A stretch of 64,000 nt of DNA from positions 374,542,001-374,606,000 of the forward strand of contig OZ024742.1 of assembly GCA_964016885.1 (NCBI GenBank). Reading direction: 5' to 3'. Position numbers and translations under genes: made by a program. This document shows, piece after piece, positions 56,148-64,000 of the stretch. Under the pieces are notes generated by a model that searched no databases, was not told the origin of the DNA, and saw nothing but the letters and a program-made list of their open reading frames with translations. The first letter of the stretch is position 1. Each line of letters opens with the position of its first letter. The stretch is from Eledone cirrhosa. Its lineage: Eukaryota.

Positions 56148-57085
56148 GAAAGGGTTAACTCTAACCTATTTAGTGAGGAAAGGGTTAACTCTAACATATT
56201 TAGTGAGGAAAGGGTTAAATCTAATATATTTGGTGTAGAAAGGGTGAAATCTAATATATTTGGTGTAGAATGGTTTAATTCTAACATATTTGGTGTAGAA
56301 TGGGTTAAATCTAACATATTTGGTGTAGAATGGGTTAAATCTAACATATTTGGTGTAGAATGGGTTAAATCTAATATATTTGATGTAGAATGGGTTAAAT
56401 CTAATAGCTTTGGTGTAGAAAGGGTTAAATCTTATATCTTTGGTGTAGAAAGGGTTACATCTTAACATATTTGGTGCAGAAAGGGTTAAATCTTATATCT
56501 TTAGTGTAGAAAGGGTTACATCTAACATATTTGGTGGTGTAGAAAGGGTCAAATCTAATATAATTGGTGTAGAAAGGGTTAAATCTAATATATTTGGTGT
56601 AGAAAGGGTTACATCTAACATATTTGGTGTAGAATGGGTTAAATCTAACATATTTGGTGTAGAATGGGTTAAATCTAATATATTTGATGTAGAATGGGTT
56701 AAATCTAATAGCTTTGGTGTAGAAAGGGTTAAATCTTATATCTTTGGTGTAGAATGGGTTAAATCTAACATATTTGGTGTAGAATGGGTTAAATCTAACA
56801 TATTTGGTGTAGAATGGGTTAAATCTTATATCTTTGGTGTAGAAAGGGTTAAATCTAATATATTTGGTGTAGAAAGGGTTAAATCTTATATCTTTAGTGT
56901 AGAAAGGGTTAAATCATATCTTTGGTGTAGAAAGGGTTACATCTAAAGGGTTACATCTTATATCTTTAGTGTAGAAAGGGTTACATCTAACATATTTGGT
57001 GTAGAAAGGGTTAAATCTTATATCTTTGGTGTAGAAAGGGTAAAATCTAACATATTTGGTGTAGAAAGGGTTAAATCTTATATCT
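56110..57085. repeat. 30-bp minisatellite (TTTGGTGTAGAAAGGGTTAAATCTAACATA)
   Basis: Direct, about 32 units. Confidence 0.95.
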
Positions 57086-57600
57086 AAACCATATTTCTGT
57101 TTGATCACCCTACCAACTTTCAATGTCTTATAACAACTAGGAAACCTCTGTTGCAGAAATTTCCCTTAAACAACTTAAGACTATGTTAGAAAATAGTATT
57201 TTAAAAAAATGGACATATTGGATAGTGAAGTATACTCCTGGATACACTAAATATATATCAAATAAAGCTTGGATATAGTCCTGTTTGATCTGACCTTGGG
57301 TTAAACAACAACAAATGGTTTATTTCTAAAGCTGTTTCCTATGATTTATTCTGATATGAACGGCACAACGCATTTTTTTCTTTTTTATCATGCTCTAAAA
57401 ATGTATAAACGTCGTCGTGTTTTCTTCATATATACACACAAACATACAGACACGTATATATATATATATCGACACATACATGCACTATATATACCACACA
57501 CATATTTATATATATCGACAAACACATACATACACTATATATATATACCACACACATATATATATATCGACAAACTCATACATACACTATATATATACCA

Positions 57601-57635
<35 letters not shown>

Positions 57636-59256
57636 GTGTGGTATATATATACACACCACACATAATTCCTCAGAATTATGAGGCTTCATGTTTTATGTAA
57701 GAGAGGAGGCAAAGCAGACATATCCATACTGACGCCTGGAGACATATATACACACACTGACACAGAGACGCATACATATTGACATACACACATATATAGA
57801 CACAACACATGCATATAGGCACACATTCATACATATTAGTATACACCCACACAAACATAAATATACATACATGCAGGTAGAAATAAGGTTGCTTGGCTTG
57901 CTAGAAATAGCAGCCATCTCCCTCAAATCACACCGTCTTAGCTTGAATTATATATTTAGAATTGGATGGCTTTTGGATAATCTAGTTTTAGATACATTCT
58001 GTCTGAATATATTTTATGATGGTCACGACTGGAAGGCTTTGATGGTATATCTGCTTTATCAGAACTGTGGTGTTAAACAACAGACACCTACACACACACG
58101 TCAATTAACCTCCACTTTTTTGAATGGTGTCTGTAAGAAAACGATAATCTATTATTTATTCATTGCTAATACTGTAAGGAGATGAACGAATGCCTTGGCT
58201 TCTCGTCCCCGAAACCCTTCCACAAAAATTCAAGTCTTCTTACCTTTGTAAGAAATTATCATTCCTCTTCAGACATTTTTGAAAAATAAAGTGGCATCAT
58301 TGACAACACACACATATATACACACACTCACACACACATATGTATGTTCACACACACATGTATGTACACAGCCACACATATATACATACACTCACACACA
58401 CATATGTATGTACACACACACACTCACATGTATGTACACACACTCACACACATGTATGTACAGTACACACACACACTCATGTAACACACACACACACATA
58501 TATTATACGATTGTATGTCTAGGTTTATCCTGTCTCTCAGATCTCTAAAGTATACACACGTTACGCCTTCCCCCCCCTCTCTCATATCAGTAACAGACAA
58601 TAACTGAGCACTCTATATACGTATGTGTAAAGTTTATATTTTATTTTACATGGAAAATGTTGATTGTAATTTCGAGGTTTCGCCTTCGTGTGTGCGTGTG
58701 TGTGTGTTTCCCTGTTTTTAGAATCGGTACATTCCACCCGTGCGTGTCGTAACAGGCGACTTAAAGCGTTGGTAGCAAAGACGAGTGACTGTAAAATATT
58801 GCCTCAAAACTTTCCGTCCAGCCCATACCGGTGAATCACGTCTTCTCTCTCTTACGTTTCATATTTCGTAGTTACACATACAACCACGTAATACAACGAC
58901 TGCAGCATGATGACGTATGTCCCCCCCCCCCCGTACCAGTAATTTAGGTGGGTTTGCTTGTTGTTACGCTGGTTGATCGTGTTTTGGTTTTGAAGGACGT
59001 GATTCGTTTTACTTTAGTGTGGTATGTATCTCGTGGGTGAGGTGAACTGTAGGTTTACGTTTGTTTGAGTTGGTGGATAGTGTTAGTTTGGTGGAGATTT
59101 GTTTGCCTTTATACTAAAGCAATTAATAGTTATATGAGTGTGTGTATATATTTATACATATATATGAGTGTATATACACACACAGACATATATATATATA
59201 TATGTATATATGTATATATATATGTATATATATATATATATGTATATGTATATATG

Positions 59257-59287
<31 letters not shown>

Positions 59288-59326
59288 GTATATGTATATA
59301 TATATATGTATATATATATATGTATG

Positions 59327-59356
<30 letters not shown>

Positions 59357-59358
<2 letters not shown>

Positions 59359-60913
59359 CTTGGCATTTGTCGACCTTGAGAAAGCCTTTGACAGAGTTCC
59401 ACGTGCAGTAATCTGGTGGGCTCTTAGAAAACTAGGAGTAGATGAATGGCTTGTGAAAGCGGTACAAGCCATGTATAGGGGAGCAGTCAGCAAAGTTAGG
59501 ATTAGCAATGAGTATAGCGAGGAATTTAGCGTACAGGTTGGGGTCCACCAGGGCTCTGTTCTTAGCCCTCTCCTGTTCATCATAGTCCTGCAGGCAATAA
59601 CGGAGGAGTTTAAGACCGGATGCCCATGGGAACTCCTGTATGCTGATGACCTCGCACTCATAGCTGAATCTATGGTAGAACTAGAGAATAAATTCCAAAC
59701 CTGGAAGCAGGGACTAGAGAGAAAGGGCCTCAAAGTCAACATGACAAAGACTAAGGTCCTTGTAAGTAGACGAGAAAACAGAACCCAGATCCCCTCAGGG
59801 AAATGGCCTTGCTCAGTATGTAGGAAAGGTGTAGGTAGGAACTCCATTCTCTGCCCCAAATGCAAACAATGGGTACACAAGAGATGTAGCTGGATCTCAG
59901 GAAGCTTAATTAAGAATGTAGGATTCACATGCAGCAGCTGTGCTGAAACAGCAAGCAAACAGCCACAGGAAACAAGTACCACCAATCTCTGGGAGGGCCC
60001 TGTAGAAACAGTAGACAGCTTCTGCTACCTAGGTGACCGAATTAGCAACGGAGGTGGGTGCTCAGAAAGTACAATAACTAGGGTAAGAACGGGATGGAAG
60101 AAGTTTAGGGAACTACTACCACTGCTAGCTGCAAAAGGCTTCTCCCTCAGAATGAAAGGCAGACTGTATGATGCGTGTATCCGAACAGCGATGTTGCATG
60201 GTAGTGAGACCTGGGCGCTGAAGGTGGAAGACTTACGTAGATTAGAGAGAAACGAAGCCTGCATGCTCCGATGGATGTGTAACAGTAATATACGTGAACG
60301 ACAAAGCATAAAGGAATTGAGAGAGAGACTGTGCATAAGAGGAATCAAATGCTGCGTGCAGGAGAGGCGGTTACGCTGGTATGGACATGTGATGCGTATG
60401 AAGGATGACAGCTGCATAAAAAGGTGCAGAGCACTAGAAGTTGATGGAAACCGCGGAGTGGGGAGACCCAAGATGACTTGGGATGAGGTGATAAAAGCCG
60501 ACCTTACCCAACTACACCTCTCAAAGACAATGACACACGACCGTGACTTCTGGCGTCACGCAGTAATACAGGGTACCCGACCTCCCATGGGTACATGCTG
60601 AAGCATATAAACAATATGCCCCCACTCCCCCCACCGCAAGGTGGTCGTGGAGGTGCCACGGCAAAAAAAGCACCCAGCCCACACTGTAAAGTGGACGTGT
60701 AGGCGCCACGAAAAAGCACCCAGCACTCACTGTAAATGAGGTTGGTGTTAGGAAGGGCATCCAGCTGTAGAAATCAAGCCAGATCAGTTCCTGTATGAGC
60801 AAGGCATGGTCAGCCGACCAGACACTGCCCACAACAGGACAACCCGTCTAACCCATGCTAGCGTGGAAGAACGGACGTAAAACGGTGATGATGATGATGA
60901 TGATGATGATGAT
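59357..60913 (+). mobile_element. 5'-truncated RTE subfamily B, open frame to 60601
   Basis: [11 protein letters not shown]...YADD...PHD...RLRWYGHV, 3'UTR, (GAT)n tail. Confidence 0.96.
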
Positions 60914-61033
60914 ATATATATATATATGTATATATATGTATATATATATATATGTGTATATATTTGTATCATCATTTTTCATTTTACGTCCGCTTTTCCC
61001 TGCTTGCAAGGGTGTATATATATGTATATGTAT

Positions 61034-61101
<68 letters not shown>

Positions 61102-61135
61102 ATATATATATGTATATATATGTGTATATATATGT

Positions 61136-61612
61136 ATCATCATCATCATCATCATCATCAACGTCCGTGTTCCACGCTTGCATGGGTTTGGACGGGGGTA
61201 GTCCCACTTGAGGCAAGAGTGATTGTCTTGCTCGCATAGGACTGTCTGGCAGGTTTTCTACAGTTGGATGCCCTTCCTAACACCAACCACATTTACAGTG
61301 TGGGTCTGGGAGGTTTTTACCGTGTTGCCTACACGGCCACATTACAGCGTGGACTGTGTGTTTTTTTGTCGTGACACCTACACGATCTCATTTGTTTCGG
61401 CCTCGATGGCGCGGCACCAACATAACTTTACATAGAACGGGGTGGTGTGGATGGGGTGGGGGTGGTGGCGGGACGGGGTGTATTTTGTTAGAGATGCCTA
61501 CTGGCAAGGCGGGTCTTCTCTGTTACTGAGTACCGCCAAAGGTCTCGGTCCAGTGACATTGTCTTGGAGAGGTGTAAGTGTGTGAGGTCGGAGTTTATCA
61601 GCTCATCCCATG
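61136..61612 (-). mobile_element. RTE subfamily A 3' end
   Basis: [30 protein letters not shown] plus 3'UTR. Confidence 0.92.
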
Positions 61613-61698
61613 TATATGTGTATATATATGTATATATATATATGTGTATATATTTGTATATATATGTATATATATATATGTGTGTGTATATATATGTA

Positions 61699-61752
<54 letters not shown>

Positions 61753-61834
61753 TGTATATATATGTATATATATATATGTATATATATATATGTATATATA
61801 TATGTATATATATATATATATGTATATATATATG

Positions 61835-61967
<133 letters not shown>

Positions 61968-62185
61968 GTCCGTGTTGTTTGCTCTGATCAGAGCAAACAA
62001 CACGGACACTATCTCAAAATTATTTTTGAAAAGCATTTAGAAATGCGCAACCGGTAAAAACTTAAAAACTTAAAACCACAACTGAATACTAACCCATACA
62101 ATCACTAATACTCTTTTATTCCTAATTAAACCATTTTTCAACTGTGAACAATTTGTCAGCATTTTCTATTCCATTTACCAATATA
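61968..62185 (+). mobile_element. Fold-back repeat, putative PLE terminus
   Basis: Perfect 40-bp palindrome centred on CTGATCAG; GAAATGCGCA downstream; flanked by (TA)n; second copy at 20017. Confidence 0.6.
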
Positions 62186-62364
62186 TAATAACTTGTGTGT
62201 TACACCTCTATTCTTTTAACTATATATATATATATATATATATTGTGTGCATATCATTATATATATATGAATATATATGTATATACTTACACATATAAAT
62301 ATATGTCTATATATATTTTGAATTTCCAAAAGATATGAGAGCCTCTCACACTACTATATCTTAG

Positions 62365-62957
62365 CTATCCTCACAACATCCCCACCTATCCTCACAACAT
62401 CCCCACCTATCCTCACAACATCCCCACCTATCCTCACAACATCCCCACCTATCCTCACAACATCCCCACCTATCCTCACAACATCCCCACCTATCCTCAC
62501 AACATCCCCACCTATCCTCACAACATCCCCACCTATCCCCACAACATCCCCACCTATCCTCACAACATCCCCACCTATCCCTACAACATCCCCACCTATC
62601 CTCACAACATCCCCACCTATCCTCACAACATCCCCACCTATCCTCACAACATCCCCACCTATCCTCACAACATCCCCACCTATCCTCACAACATCCCCAC
62701 CTATCCCTACAACATCCCCACCTATCCTCACAACATCCCCACCTATCCTCACAACATCCCCACCTATCCTCACAACATCCCCACCTATCCTCACAACATC
62801 CCCACCTATTCTCACAACAACCCCACCTATCCTCACAACATCCCCACCTATCCCCACAACATCCCCACCTATCCTCACAACATCCCCACCTATCCTCACA
62901 ACATCCCCACCTATCCCTACAACATCCCCACCTATCCTCACAACATCCCCACCTATC
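62365..62957. repeat. 21-bp minisatellite (CTATCCTCACAACATCCCCAC)
   Basis: Direct, about 28 units. Confidence 0.97.
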
Positions 62958-63299
62958 ATCATCACAACATTCCTTCTTATCTATCAACCACCCCATTCAC
63001 ACCACCTTGACACCACCCTAAAAAATCTTGACACACATGACTACCCCTCACCCCGGTTCCATTGGCCATACATGTATAAAATCATACTTATCCCCCCCCC
63101 CCCCCCCCCTCAGCGAGAGCTCTATAATTGAGCCAATAACTGATAACCTCTGTAGTGCTGGTGCCACAAAAATGTCCTTTGTACACTCTATAAGGTGGTT
63201 TGGGATAGGAAGGGCACTTTGCTGTACAAACTATGCTGTAAAGGGTTGAGAGGATCTTTTAGTTGTGTTAACAGCATAATAAACCCTCTAGTGTTGGTG

Positions 63300-63595
63300 A
63301 ATTACATGATAAACACACCCAGTACACAAAGTGGTTGGTGTTAGGATGGGGGGCATCTAGCTGTAGAAAGCTTGTCAAAGGGTTGGGAGGATCTGTCAGT
63401 TGTGACAAAGATATGACAACCTCCCTAGTGTCATGGATAAAATTTACTCTATAGACCACAGGATCGCATGTGAACGAGATGCAGCCCTCCCACCTAACTG
63501 AGGGGCTCAGTAGCCCCATTTGAGTACTGACCTAGTCTGAACATCTGTCCAAACCTTGTTAGCAAGAAAAACAGTCAATAAATGATGATGATAAA
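63300..63595 (+). mobile_element. Decayed retroposon 3' part related to 53430-53562
   Basis: ACACACCCAGTACAC..AAGTGGTTGGTG..GCATC..CTGTAG..GGGTTGGGAG..ATGACAACCTC; (GAT)n tail. Confidence 0.6.
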
Positions 63596-64000
63596 ACTGG
63601 CATATTCACTACAGCTGTTTCCTTGCGTATAATTAGGTTTTAGTTTTTTCTTTCCCTTAGGAAACTAAGGAAACTAATGTATGTAATTCCTCAGGTGAAA
63701 CACCATATTTGAAAAGACAGATCTCAAGTTAAAAAGTGAATAAAAAAGGGAAAAGTCAATAAAAAAGGGAAAAGTCAATTCTATTTAATTTATCAGAGAA
63801 TGCACAATATGTGAGTTCACATATGCACAAATATCGATATATATAAAATGTAAGCATATATACATCTATTGATATACAAATAACACATACATATTCACAT
63901 GCAGATACAGACCTTTAATAGTGTGTTGAATGTGGGTCATGAGAATATTGAATATGTAAATGTGAGAGGCAGAGCTTGGATGAACTGAGGGAGAAACAGG

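Noticed and set aside
56111-57123. Repeat ORFs (LDLTHSTPN, RFNPFYTKY)
   Set aside because: Translations of the 30-bp minisatellite, interrupted by stops
62354-62996. Cys-rich (DRWGCCE)n or (IGGDVVR)n protein
   Set aside because: By-product of a 21-bp minisatellite with almost no synonymous variation, antisense within an intron

Overview
This is AT-rich, repeat-dominated animal DNA. The SINE, LINE and MITE content together with very long imperfect (TA)n/(TATG)n arrays suggests an octopod cephalopod (inference). Almost all long ORFs in the supplied track are Y/I/M/C microsatellite artefacts. Host coding content is small: the first coding exon of an FBXO33-like F-box gene (54467-55416, +) and possible terminal exon(s) of an unidentified + strand gene near 28.7-28.9 kb. 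Mobile DNA includes one near-intact RTE LINE (43411-48208; APE endonuclease plus RT with a PHD-type zinc finger inside the RT, one premature stop, tandemly duplicated 5' region) and many 5'-truncated RTE copies of two subfamilies. Also present are partner tRNA-derived SINEs, three copies of a bipartite RTE derivative, CR1 and Rex3/Expander-like fragments, a decayed Penelope-like element (RT + GIY-YIG), Tigger and mariner relics, several MITEs and three minisatellites (40, 30 and 21 bp). The most striking unexplained signal is a dispersed set of short non-coding units. They combine type I hammerhead-ribozyme motifs, fold-back inverted duplications turning at or near the ribozyme, a shared TATTGAGTAC-like box and (TA)n-adjacent ends. 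They are most likely Penelope-like element termini or non-autonomous derivatives.
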